Source: an uncultured delta proteobacterium
GTDB taxonomy: Bacteria; Myxococcota; Myxococcia; Myxococcales; Anaeromyxobacteraceae
Direction of reading: 5' to 3'
NCBI GenBank assembly: GCA_963845515.1
Contig: CAWJSR010000035.1
Span: 32,001 to 96,000, forward strand
DNA: 64,000 nt
A program made the position numbers and the translations under genes. The notes under the pieces were generated by a model. The model saw only the letters and a list, made by a program, of their open reading frames with translations. It had not been told where the DNA came from and did not search any database. Shown here in pieces: positions 10,595 through 20,362 of this stretch (its first letter is position 1; every line of letters starts with the position of its first letter).

Positions 10595-11140
10595 ATGAGC
10601 CTGACGGAGGAGATCGTCATCGCGGGCTTCGGCGGCCAGGGAGCCCTCTCGATGGGGCAGCTGGTGGCGTACGCGGCGCTGGACGAGGGCAAGGAGGTCA
10701 GCTGGATGCCCTCCTACGGCCCGGAGATGCGCGGCGGGACCGCCAACTGCATCGTGATCGTCTCCGGGGACCGGATCAGCTCCCCCATCGTCACCCGCTT
10801 CGACGGCGCCATCGTCCTGAACCAGCCGTCGCTGGAGAAGTTCGAGCAGGCGCTGCGCCCCGGTGGGCTCCTCCTCTACGAGCGCTCGACCGTGACCACG
10901 CCCCCGTCGCGGAGCGACGTCGAGATCCTCGGGATCGACGGGGTCGCAGAGGCCCAGCGGCTCTCGTCGAAGCAGGTCGCCAACACGGTGCTCCTCGGCG
11001 CCTACCTGGCCCGCCGTCCGGTCGTCTCGGCGGCGTCGGTCGTGCGGGCGCTCGCGAAGGTGCTCCCCCCGCACCGGCAGCACCTCGTCCCGGTGAACGA
11101 GCAGGCGCTCGCGCGCGGGGCGGAGCTGGCGGCCCGCTAG
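10595..11140 (+). CDS. 2-oxoacid:ferredoxin oxidoreductase gamma subunit
   Basis: IAGFGGQG, PSYGPEMRGGTANC. Confidence 0.94.
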   Translation: MSLTEEIVIAGFGGQGALSMGQLVAYAALDEGKEVSWMPSYGPEMRGGTANCIVIVSGDRISSPIVTRFDGAIVLNQPSLEKFEQALRPGGLLLYERSTVTTPPSRSDVEILGIDGVAEAQRLSSKQVANTVLLGAYLARRPVVSAASVVRALAKVLPPHRQHLVPVNEQALARGAELAAR

Positions 11141-11179
11141 CGCACCGCCCTTGCCTCCACCGCCAGCCCCGGAGCCGAC

Positions 11180-12164
11180 ATGTTCCGTGCCCTCCTCATA
11201 GAGAAGACCGACGCTAGCCAGCAGGTTCGGGTCGCCCAGCTCGACGACGCCCAGCTCCCGGACGGTGACGTCACCGTCCGGGTCGAGTGGTCCACGCTCA
11301 ACTACAAGGACGCGCTCGCCATCACGGGCCGCTCGCCGGTCGTGCGCCGGTTCCCGATGGTCCCTGGGATCGATCTCGCTGGCGTCGTCGAGGCGAGCTC
11401 CCACGCGGGTTTCCGCGCTGGGGACCGGGTCGTCCTCAACGGCTACGGGATCGGCGAGAGCTCCTTCGGCGGGCTCTCCGAGCGGGCGCGCGTGAAGGGG
11501 GAGTGGCTCGTGCCGCTCGCGCCGGCGATCTCGACCCGGCAGGCAGCGGCAATCGGCACGGCGGGCTACACGGCGACGCTCGCCCTCCTCGCGCTGGAGC
11601 GGCACGGGCTTCGGCCCGGCGCCGGCGACGTGCTCGTGACCGGAGCGGCCGGCGGCGTAGGGAGCGTGGCGATCGCGCTCCTCGCGAAGAACGGTCACCG
11701 GGTGGTCGCCTCCACCGGACGGCGTGCAGGAGGCGGAGTACCTGAAGGCCCTCGGCGCGGCGGAGATCATCGACCGCGCGACGCTCTCGGCGCCGGGGAA
11801 GCCGCTGCAGAAGGAGCGCTTCGCCGGCGTCATCGACAGCGTCGGCAGCCACACGCTGGCGAACGCCTGCGCCCAGGTCCGGCAGGGCGGCGCGGTGGCG
11901 GCCTGCGGCCTCGCTGGAGGCATGGACTTCCCCTCCACCGTCGCCCCGTTCATCCTCAGGGGCGTCGCGCTCTACGGCATCGACAGCGTGCAGGCGCCCA
12001 TGGACCGCAGGATCACGGCGTGGGCCCGGCTCGCGACCGACCTGGCCCCATCCCTGCTGGAGTCGATGACCCGGGAGATCGCCCTCGGCGACTCCATCGC
12101 TGCCGCCGAGGAGCTGCTCGGCGGGCGAGTCCGTGGAAGGTTGGTGGTGGACGTCCGCCGCTGA
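11180..12164 (+). CDS. acuI: Acryloyl-CoA reductase AcuI/YhdH family MDR oxidoreductase; one frameshift near 11722
   Basis: [35 protein letters not shown] in ORF 11180; continues in another frame as [10 protein letters not shown]...[17 protein letters not shown]...[11 protein letters not shown]. Confidence 0.85.
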
Positions 12165-12439
12165 TGGGTGATGGAGGTTCAGGCCGCGACATTTTGTCGC
12201 CGCAATCCGCGCACCTGTTACTTCAATGGGTTGCAGCAGAATGTCGCAGTGCGTTACCCCGCCGGTCTTCCCTACAATCCGGCGGGATGTTAGCAGACGC
12301 GCGGGCACGTGTACCGCAAAGCCGCGGGGAAGGCGTTGACCCTCTCTCGAAATGAATCTCTGACCTGTCTGGACCGGGAAGGCGACCAGCTAGCATCGAC
12401 GGGCTGGCGCCGAACTCGAGCCTGCGGAGGCCAAAACAG

Positions 12440-13723
12440 ATGACGAATCGCAAGGGTTGGATCGTAACGCTCGCCGGCATGGGCCTCAACCTCGCCCTCG
12501 GCATCCTCTACGCGTGGTCGGTCTTCAAGAAGGCGATGGTCTCCCCCGTCTCCGACGGCGGCTACGGCTGGACGAACCAGGCGGCGACCCTCCCGTACAC
12601 GGTCGCGATCGCGATGTTCGCGCTGATGATGATCCCTGCCGGCCGCCTGCAGGACAAACTCGGCCCCCGGGTCGTCGCGATGACCGGCGGACTGCTCACT
12701 GCCACGGGACTCATCATCGCCAGCTTCTCGAGCCCCGAGAGCCCCCTGCCCGCGATCATCGGCTTCGGCGTCTTCGCCGGCACCGGCTTCGGGCTCGGCT
12801 ACGCCGCGAGCACGCCGGCGGCCATCAAGTGGTTCCCACCCGAGAAGAAGGGGCTCATCACCGGCCTCGTCGTCGCCGGCTTCGGGATCGCCCCGGTCTA
12901 CATCTCGCCGGTCTCCAAGGTGCTGCTCGCCAACTACGGCATCGCGATGTCGTTCCGGATCCTAGGCGTCGCCTTCGCCGTCACCGCGACCCTCTTCTCG
13001 TCCATGATCCGGAACCCGGAGAAGCCGCTCAACGTTGCCAAGCCCGGCGTCTCCAAGACGTCCTTCGGCGGCGACAAGACCTGGCGCGAGATGGTCAGGA
13101 CGCCGTTCTTCTACATGATCTGGCTCCAGTACGCGTTCGCCGCCACCGCGGGCCTGATGATCATCGGCAACATGGCGAGCATCGTGACGGCGCAGTCGGG
13201 CGGCGCGCTCAAGGCCCAGGCGGCCATGTTCGTCGCGCTCCTCGCGATCTTCAACGCCAGCGGCCGCGTCATCGCCGGGGTGCTCTCCGACTACATCGGC
13301 CGGATCGTGACGCTCGCGCTGGTCTCCATCAGCCAGGCGTCCGTCCTCCTCTTCTTCCCGCGCTTCACCACCTTCGGCGAGTTCGTCGTCGGCGCGGCGG
13401 TCGTCGGCTTCAGCTACGGCGCGTGCCTCTCGATCTTCCCGTCGATCAACGCCGACACCTGGGGCACCAAGAACATGGGGCTCAACTACGGCGTGCTCTT
13501 CACGGCGTGGGGCGTGGGCGGCGTCTTCGGCCCGATGCTCGCGGCCAGGATCGTCGACGCGACCGGCTCGTACCAGACGGCCTACAACGTGGCGTCGATG
13601 CTGCTGCTCGTCTCGTTCTTCCTCGCCATGCTCAACTACGTTCAGGTGGAGTTCGACGTCGCGCAGCGTGAGGTCACCATCCGGCTCGGCAACAAGAAGG
13701 TCGCGGCCGAGAAGGCCGCCTAG
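12440..13723 (+). CDS. OFA-family (oxalate/formate antiporter-like) MFS transporter
   Basis: About 12 TM segments; GILYAWSVF, GRLQDKLGPR, KWFPPEKKGLITG, GTKNMGLNYG. Confidence 0.9.
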   Translation: MTNRKGWIVTLAGMGLNLALGILYAWSVFKKAMVSPVSDGGYGWTNQAATLPYTVAIAMFALMMIPAGRLQDKLGPRVVAMTGGLLTATGLIIASFSSPESPLPAIIGFGVFAGTGFGLGYAASTPAAIKWFPPEKKGLITGLVVAGFGIAPVYISPVSKVLLANYGIAMSFRILGVAFAVTATLFSSMIRNPEKPLNVAKPGVSKTSFGGDKTWREMVRTPFFYMIWLQYAFAATAGLMIIGNMASIVTAQSGGALKAQAAMFVALLAIFNASGRVIAGVLSDYIGRIVTLALVSISQASVLLFFPRFTTFGEFVVGAAVVGFSYGACLSIFPSINADTWGTKNMGLNYGVLFTAWGVGGVFGPMLAARIVDATGSYQTAYNVASMLLLVSFFLAMLNYVQVEFDVAQREVTIRLGNKKVAAEKAA

Positions 13724-13866
13724 CTCGGCGCGGGGACGCCACGTTTCCCTCCCGTCCGCGGGAGTGGCCGTGGCAGGATGACCGTGAGCTCGCCCCCGGC
13801 GGGACGTCGCAGCGACGGCGTCCCGCCGGACCGTTTACGGAGTCGATCTTCCACGAGGAGTCCCTG

Positions 13867-14286
13867 ATGCTGACCGCCATCTCGCTCGCGACGCTGCTCG
13901 CTGCCGCCCCAGCCGGCAACGCGCGGCTCGACCACGGGAGCGCCACGGAGATCACCCTGCGGCTGACCTCCTTCGAGACGGAGCGTGTGGCGGTGCCGAA
14001 GCGCGGGACCTTCACGTCGGTCGAGCTGCTCTACCGCTCCCCGAAGGGCGACCGGCTGGACCTCCGGTTCCTCTACCGGGCGCCCGGCGAGATCCCCGCG
14101 AAGAACCTCACCTCGGTCACCGCTCAGAGCGCGAAGGGGGGGCTGTCGAGCTGGACCCCGGCCAGGAAGTCCGGCTGCCGCGTGAAGCTCTACGCCGCGA
14201 CCGAAGACGCCGTGTCCGGCAAGATCGAGTGCACGGCGCCGGAGAGCGGCGAGCCGTTCGACGCAGCGTTCGACGCGAAGAAGTAG
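13867..14286 (+). CDS. Exported hypothetical protein
   Basis: GAGGAG RBS; signal-peptide-like start; two Cys; coding-like codon usage. Confidence 0.7.
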   Translation: MLTAISLATLLAAAPAGNARLDHGSATEITLRLTSFETERVAVPKRGTFTSVELLYRSPKGDRLDLRFLYRAPGEIPAKNLTSVTAQSAKGGLSSWTPARKSGCRVKLYAATEDAVSGKIECTAPESGEPFDAAFDAKK

Positions 14287-14298
14287 GGCAGCGCACCG

Positions 14299-15039
14299 TC
14301 ACCCCTGCCCTCTGCCACGCTGGGGGAGAGGTGAGGCCAGCGCCTTGAGCGCGGTCTCCCAGAGCTGCGCCTCCCGCCGCCCGAGCCGCGCGCGCCGCAG
14401 CGCGTCCATCAGGTCCCGCACCGCGTGGCGCTCCGGACCGCGCAGGAACCCGCCTCCGCGCAGCGCCCCGCGCAGCGACTCCTCGATCCGCGAGAGCTCC
14501 GCGTCGGTGGCCCCGGTCGCCGGACGGGACGCGCCGGTCGGCGCGCGCTCGGCCCGGCGGAGGGCGCGCCGGGCCTCGTAGGCGTAGACCAGGACGGCCT
14601 GCGCGAGGTTCAGGGACGGCTGCTCGGCCTCCGTGGGGATGACCGAGAGATCGTGGCAGCGCTGCACCTCCGCGTTGGTCAGGCCGCTCCGCTCGTCGCC
14701 GAAGACGATCGCCGTCCGCCCCTCGCCGGCGCGCGCCACGGCCTCGGTCGCCACCTCCTCCGGCGAGAGCAGTCGCTTGCCGCGGACGCGGCGAGAGCTG
14801 GTCCCCACCACCCACGCGCAGTCCGCGACAGCCTCGTCGATGGTGCGCACCAACCTCGGCCGATCGAGGAGCTCCTCGGCGTGCACGGCGACCCGTCGCA
14901 TGGCTGCGAAGTCGTTCGTCCCCAGCTCTGCGATGGCCCAGTCGGAGAGCCCGAAGTTCTTCATCGCGCGTGCGGCGGCGCCCAGGTTCTCCGGGTTGCG
15001 GGGCCGCAGGAGGACGATTCGAAATGGGGAGGCAGGCAC
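14299..15039 (-). CDS. trmJ: TrmJ/LasT-family SPOUT RNA methyltransferase
   Basis: PENLGAAARAMKNFG, VFGDERSGLTN, PSLNLAQAV. Confidence 0.88.
   Translation of the reverse strand: MPASPFRIVLLRPRNPENLGAAARAMKNFGLSDWAIAELGTNDFAAMRRVAVHAEELLDRPRLVRTIDEAVADCAWVVGTSSRRVRGKRLLSPEEVATEAVARAGEGRTAIVFGDERSGLTNAEVQRCHDLSVIPTEAEQPSLNLAQAVLVYAYEARRALRRAERAPTGASRPATGATDAELSRIEESLRGALRGGGFLRGPERHAVRDLMDALRRARLGRREAQLWETALKALASPLPQRGRGQG
14300..14337. repeat. REP-like palindromic element overlapping the trmJ 3' end
   Basis: Reverse complement GGCCTCACCTCTCCCCCAGCGTGGCAGAGGGCAGGGGTG resembles the element at 29200-29264; both lie between convergent genes. Confidence 0.45.
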
Positions 15040-15221
15040 GAGGGGACTCTAACGCAGAGCGGCGTACCTCCGAGCCAACGCCGGGCCACGGCGCGCCATG
15101 AGCCAGGCAGCGCCATTTGGGTTCGAGGTTTGTCCCCGATCAAGGCAGGTCCTGGGGGTGGGCGAGTAGATTGCCGCCCTACTTTCCCCACATCCGGGAC
15201 CATCGTCCGCTAGGAGAATCC

Positions 15222-15806
15222 ATGTCGCACGTCAAGAGGCTCGCTCTCGCCCTGGTCGCGGTGGCTCCCGCCGCCGCCTTCGCCGCCGGAGGCCACGACG
15301 CCGTCGGCTGCACCGGCTGCCACTCCATCCACGCAGCCAAGGGCGCCATCATCTTCGCGGTCGGCCCGAACAAGGTCGACGTGAACCCGAAGACCAAGCA
15401 GCCGTACACGGGGATCACCGCGCTCTGCCTCGGGTGCCACCAGGAGTCGAACAAGGGCGGCCAGGGCTACGCGCCGGTCCACTCCAACATGAGCCACCCG
15501 TACGGCATCGACAAGATCAACGCCAAGATCGCCAAGGTTCCGGCGGAGCTCGTCGGCGACAACGGCAGCTTCAGCTGCATGGGCTGCCACGATCCGCACC
15601 CGTCGAACCCGTACTACAAGTACCTTCGGGTCGACACCGCCAAGGGCGCGAAGATGGACAACTTCTGCGCGGCCTGCCACCCCATCAAGGCTGACGACGC
15701 TGCCCAGGCCGCTGGCAAGAGCGGCTTCTACACCTCGATGGACGAGACGGGCTCGCGGGTGATGAAGGCCTCCGGCGCCGCCCCGGCCCCTGCGAAGAAG
15801 AAGTAG
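15222..15806 (+). CDS. Periplasmic tetraheme c-type cytochrome (cytochrome c3-like)
   Basis: AGGAG RBS, signal peptide, four CxxCH motifs (CTGCH, CLGCH, CMGCH, CAACH). Confidence 0.92.
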   Translation: MSHVKRLALALVAVAPAAAFAAGGHDAVGCTGCHSIHAAKGAIIFAVGPNKVDVNPKTKQPYTGITALCLGCHQESNKGGQGYAPVHSNMSHPYGIDKINAKIAKVPAELVGDNGSFSCMGCHDPHPSNPYYKYLRVDTAKGAKMDNFCAACHPIKADDAAQAAGKSGFYTSMDETGSRVMKASGAAPAPAKKK

Positions 15807-15833
15807 TAGTCGCTCCAGCGCAGGGCAGGATCC

Positions 15834-15869
15834 GAACCCCCGGGCCGCCTGGCCCGGGGGTTCTTCTTC
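15834..15869 (+). terminator. Rho-independent terminator after the cytochrome gene
   Basis: Perfect stem GAACCCCCGGGCC-GCCT-GGCCCGGGGGTTC followed by TTCTTC. Confidence 0.7.
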
Positions 15870-16619
15870 ATGAACCTCTTGTTGCTCGAACCATCGGAGC
15901 TCTCCGCTGACGGGACCGCCCGGGTCTGCGGCCGGCGCGCGCTCCACGTCTCGGCGGTCCTGCGCGCGGTACCGGGAGACCGGATCCTGGTGGGGGTCAT
16001 CGACGGCCTGATGGGCGAGGCTGAGGTTCGCTCCATCACCGCGGAGCAGGTGCTGCTCGCGCCGACGCTCGACCGACGGCCCCCTCCCCCGTCTCCGGCC
16101 TCGCTCCTGCTGGCGCTCCCGCGCCCGAAGACCCTTCGCAAGGTGCTCCAGTGCGCCGCCGCGATGGGGGTGAAGCGGATCGCCCTCGTCGGGAGTTACC
16201 GCGTCGAGAAGAGCTACTTCAAGTCCCCGCTGCTGGAGCCGCAGGCGCTGCGAGAGCAGCTGCTCCTGGGGCTCGAGCAGGGTCGGGATACGGTCCTGCC
16301 CACTGTCTCCATCGATCGGTACTTCAAGCCGTTCGTCGAGGACGTGCTGGATGGCATCTTCCCGCCGGGGCTACGGCTCGTCGGCCACCCGGTCGATGCA
16401 GCGCCGATGGAGGCGCTCGCCGGCGCAGGCGGCAGCGAGGCGGTCATCGCCATCGGCCCCGAGGGAGGGTGGACGCCCTACGAAGTCCAGGCGTTGCAGG
16501 GGCGCGGCTTTCTCCCGTACTCGATGGGGCCCCGTCCCCTCCGCGTGGATCAGGCGGTCCCGTTCGCCGTCGGGCAGGCGGAGATGCTGCTCCGAGCCCT
16601 CCGGCACGACCCCGCATGA
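15870..16619 (+). CDS. rsmE: 16S rRNA (uracil-1498-N3)-methyltransferase RsmE family
   Basis: LALPRPK, RVEKSYF, LGLEQ, AIGPEGGW, MGPRPLRV. Confidence 0.88.
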   Translation: MNLLLLEPSELSADGTARVCGRRALHVSAVLRAVPGDRILVGVIDGLMGEAEVRSITAEQVLLAPTLDRRPPPPSPASLLLALPRPKTLRKVLQCAAAMGVKRIALVGSYRVEKSYFKSPLLEPQALREQLLLGLEQGRDTVLPTVSIDRYFKPFVEDVLDGIFPPGLRLVGHPVDAAPMEALAGAGGSEAVIAIGPEGGWTPYEVQALQGRGFLPYSMGPRPLRVDQAVPFAVGQAEMLLRALRHDPA

Positions 16620-16689
16620 TTCCTCCCACGGTGGGATGCACCCTCCATCTCGAAGGCGCAAGGATGATGCATCGGGGAAGGAGAAGGCC

Positions 16690-17379
16690 GTGCGGTTCCT
16701 CTGTCGGCTGGAGGGTGGGCGTGCGCTGGCGCGACGGCTCGAGCATCTGCGGGGTGAGGGACGCAACGTGGTCCTGCTCGCGCTGCCGCGCGGCGGGATC
16801 CCGATCGGCTACGAGGTCGCTCGCTCGCTCGGTCTCCCGCTGGAGGTGTTGCTGACGCGGCGGCTCGCGACCCCGGGGATCAACGCCGCGACTCTCGGCG
16901 CCGTCGCCGAGGGAGGGACCGTGGTCGTGAACGACGCGGCCGTCCGCGAGCGTGGCGTCCTGCCAGAGATCGTCAGCGCCCTGACCGAGGCGGCCACCCG
17001 AGCGCTCCGGCGCGACGTCTCCGTGTATCGCGGGGAGCGCCCGCTCCCGCGCGTCGAGGGGCGCTCCGTGGTCCTCGTGGACGACGGGATCACGACCGGC
17101 GGAACCTCGGTGGCGGCGGCGAGGGCGCTCCGCAAGCGCGGCGCACGGCGGATCATCGTCGCCGTGCCGGTGGTGGGTCCAGGCGCGATCGAGCTGGTCC
17201 GCCGCGAAGTGGACGAGCTGATCTACCTGCAGGCGCCAGCGGAGCTCATCGGCGTCGGCTACTGGTACACGCGCCGTGGGCTCTCGGAGGACCAGGCGCT
17301 GTCGCTGATGGCGCGCGCGCGCCGGGAGCTGGGCGAAGCGGTCACGCAGCACGGCTGGGCCGCAGCCGGCGCTCCCTAG
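16690..17379 (+). CDS. Type I phosphoribosyltransferase domain protein
   Basis: LALPRGGIPIG, VVLVDDGITTGGT PRPP loop; GTG start inferred after GGAGAAGG. Confidence 0.85.
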   Translation: MRFLCRLEGGRALARRLEHLRGEGRNVVLLALPRGGIPIGYEVARSLGLPLEVLLTRRLATPGINAATLGAVAEGGTVVVNDAAVRERGVLPEIVSALTEAATRALRRDVSVYRGERPLPRVEGRSVVLVDDGITTGGTSVAAARALRKRGARRIIVAVPVVGPGAIELVRREVDELIYLQAPAELIGVGYWYTRRGLSEDQALSLMARARRELGEAVTQHGWAAAGAP

Positions 17380-17451
17380 TGGCTCGATCCGGACCAACTC
17401 GGAGCTCGCACCCTGGCGCGGGAGGGACGGGCCCGCGCCAGGGTGGAGCCC

Positions 17452-17853
17452 CTAGCGTCCCCCCCCGGCCAGCCAGATCAGGAGACGTCGCTCGTCGATG
17501 GGCTTCTGCAGCGTCTGGCAGGCGCCGGCCCGGCGAAGCTCGAAGGCGTTCTCGTCGCGCCCCGACACCCCGAGGACGGGCGCGTCGCGGAGCCGCGAGT
17601 CGCTCGAGGAGCGCAGGCGGCGAACCAGCTCGGAGCCGCTCATGTCGGGCATCGTGTGATCGACGATCCAGGCGTCGGGCGGGTCGACGGCTGCCAGCTC
17701 CAGCGCTGCCTCGCAGGACTCTGCGGTCAGCGGGATGTAGCCGTTGGACTCGAGCGCCAGCGAGAGGAGCGCGCGGAGCGTCGCGTTGTCCTCGACGAGC
17801 AGGATCCGCCGTTGCGATCCCGTCTCGTTGAGGTGTCTCGACGCGTCGTGCAT
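17452..17853 (-). CDS. Single-domain response regulator (receiver)
   Basis: RILLVEDN, IVDHTMPDMSG, LQKP. Confidence 0.85.
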   Translation of the reverse strand: MHDASRHLNETGSQRRILLVEDNATLRALLSLALESNGYIPLTAESCEAALELAAVDPPDAWIVDHTMPDMSGSELVRRLRSSSDSRLRDAPVLGVSGRDENAFELRRAGACQTLQKPIDERRLLIWLAGGGR

Positions 17854-17997
17854 GCCTGACCTTGACCGAAAGTAACACCGGCCACGCGACACGAGAAGTA
17901 CCGTGATCGAGCTACGCGACCTCGCCACACCGCCGCACCGCCGGGCGCCGGCGCGCCTCGCCGGCCCCAGCAGTCCGCGACCCCGTGGGGTGGGGCG

Positions 17998-19639
17998 TCA
18001 GGCCGTCCTGATCGCGGCCGCCCGCTGGAGCCCAAGCTCCTGGATGGCGGTCTCGCGCATCTTGAACTTCTGGATCTTCCCCGAGACGGTCATGGGGAAG
18101 GAGTCGACGAACTTGTAATACCGAGGGATCTTGTAGGTCGCGACCTTGCCGTGACAGTACGCGCGGATCTCCTCCCCCGTGAGCACGGCCCCCGGGCGGA
18201 GCTTCACCCAGGCCATGAGCTCCTCGCCGTACTTCTCGTCCGGGACGCCGATCACCTGGACGTCCGAGACTCCGGGGACGGTGTAGAGGAACTCCTCCAC
18301 CTCGCGCGGGAAGATGTTCTCCCCGCCGCGCAGCACCATGTCCTTGATGCGCCCGACGATGTTGACGTACCCGTCGTCGTCCATCGTGGCCGAGATCCCC
18401 GGTGTGCATCCACCGGCCGTCGTCGATCGCATTGCGCGTCGCGTGCGGGTCGTTCCAATAGCCGAGCATCACCGAGTAGCCCCGCGTGCAGAGCTCGCCC
18501 GTCATCCCGCGCGGGACGACCCGGCCGGTCGTCGGGTCGATCACCTTCACCTCGACGTGCGGGTGGACCGGCCCCACCGTGGAGACGCGCTTCTCCAGCG
18601 GGTCGTCGGTGCGAGACTGCGTCGACACCGGCGCCGTCTCGGTCATGCCGTAGCAGATCGTCACCTCCGGCATGTGCATGTCCTTCTGGACCTTCTTCAT
18701 CACCTCGACTGGGCACGGCGAGCCGGCCATGACCCCCGTGCGGAGCGTCGAGTAGTCGAAGGACGCGAACTCGGGGTGATCGAGCTCGGCGATGAACATG
18801 GTCGGCACGCCGTAGAGCGAGGTGCAGCGCTCGTCCTGGACGGTCTTCATCACAGCGAGCGGCTCGAAGCCCTCGCCGGGGTAGACCATCGCGGCGCCGT
18901 GCGTGGTGCACGCGAAGTTGCCGATCACCTGCCCGAAGCAGTGGTACAGGGGGACCGGGATGCAGACGCGGTCGGCCTCCGTGTACTTGAGGATCTCGCC
19001 GATGAAGTAGCCGTTGTTCAGGACGTTGTGGTGAGAGAGCGTGGCCCCCTTGGGGAAGCCGGTGGTGCCGCTCGTGTACTGGATGTTGATCGGCTCGTCG
19101 AACTGGAGCTCCACCTCCTTGTGGTGCAACTCCTCCTCGGAGAGCCGCAGGGCGTCGGCGTCGAGCTCGTGCCACTCCTCCTCGATCACGACGGTCTGGC
19201 GGAGGTCAGGGCACTTCGACTTCACCTCCCAGACCATCTGGACGTAGTCGGCCCCGCGGAAGCCCCGCGCGAGCACCAGGGTCGAGACCCCGGACTGCTT
19301 CAAGGCGTACTCGAGCTCGTGCGTCCGGTAGGCGGGGTTGATCGTCACCAGGATCGCGCCGATCCGCGCCGTCGCGTACTGCACCACGACCCATTCGAAC
19401 CGGTTTGGCGCCCAGATGCCGACCCGGTCCCCCTTCTTCACGCCGCGGACGAGCAGGGCCCGGGCCACCCGGCCGGTCTGCTGCCAGAACTCGCGGTACG
19501 TCGCGCGGTAGCCCTGGTACGGGACGACGAGCGCGTCGCGGTCCGGGAACCGCTCCGCGGTGCGGCGCAGGTTCTCACCGATGGTCTCGCCCAGCATTGG
19601 CTTCGCGCTGGGGCCGGACACGTAGGACGGGGCTGGCAT
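17998..19639 (-). CDS. AMP-binding acyl-CoA synthetase; one frameshift near 18390
   Basis: [26 protein letters not shown]-terminus ([22 protein letters not shown]...[11 protein letters not shown]) in another frame. Confidence 0.9.
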
Positions 19640-19729
19640 CTGTGGTCGACCTCCCTGGGTGAAAGGGCGCGATCCTAGACCGCAGGCGCCGGCCGGATCC
19701 ACTTCCAAGCCACCGATCGCGCGGGCGCC

Positions 19730-19765
19730 TTGACGCACCTCTACGTTCAGACTATTCTGAACGTA
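19730..19765 (+). promoter_or_regulatory. Sigma70-type promoter overlapped by a perfect 10-bp inverted-repeat operator
   Basis: TTGACG-17 nt-TATTCT; TACGTTCAGA-CTAT-TCTGAACGTA at 19742-19765, two bases before the regulator ATG. Confidence 0.75.
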
Positions 19766-19767
19766 CG

Positions 19768-20310
19768 ATGAGCACGATGAAGCCAGAGAGCCAGGACCGG
19801 TTCGTCGACGCGTGGGGGGCGATGGGGGCCCTCTGGGGGATCAACCGGTCGGTGGCGCGCGTCCACGCGCTCCTGATGGCGAGCGAGGCCCCCGTCTCGC
19901 TCGACGAGATCGCCGAGCGCCTGAACATCTCGAAGGGGAACGCCTCGATGTCGCTGCGCGAGCTGCGCGGTTGGGGCGTGATCCGGCCGGTTCCGGTCGC
20001 GGGGGATCGCCGCGACTTCTACGTCACAGAGCCGGACGTCTGGATCATGTTCTTCCGCATCCTGCACGAGCGGAAGCGCCGTGAGTTCGACCCGGCGGTG
20101 CAGGCCGTCCAGGGGCTGCTCGACGAGGCGGGGGGCTCGGGAGAGGTGCGCGCCCGGCTCGTGCAGATGACCGATCTCCTCGCCACCCTGGATGGGGTGG
20201 CCGGGCGCTTCCTGAAGGATCCGGCGACCTCCCGCGCGGCGCTCTCCGTGGTGGCGAGGCTCACCGTCCCCGGCCTCGGCCGCAAGAAGGCGAAGAGGAA
20301 GCGGGAATAG
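19768..20310 (+). CDS. GbsR/MarR-family transcriptional regulator
   Basis: [57 protein letters not shown]. Confidence 0.9.
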   Translation: MSTMKPESQDRFVDAWGAMGALWGINRSVARVHALLMASEAPVSLDEIAERLNISKGNASMSLRELRGWGVIRPVPVAGDRRDFYVTEPDVWIMFFRILHERKRREFDPAVQAVQGLLDEAGGSGEVRARLVQMTDLLATLDGVAGRFLKDPATSRAALSVVARLTVPGLGRKKAKRKRE

Positions 20311-20362
20311 GCGCGTTGGCGTTGGGCGGCGGCGGGCGGTCACCTTCACCCGAGGAGTCCAC

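Noticed and set aside
12305..12345. CGCAAAGCCGCGGG riboswitch-like motif upstream of the OFA transporter
   Set aside because: Only an isolated fragment of the GEMM consensus; no P2 hairpin is evident.
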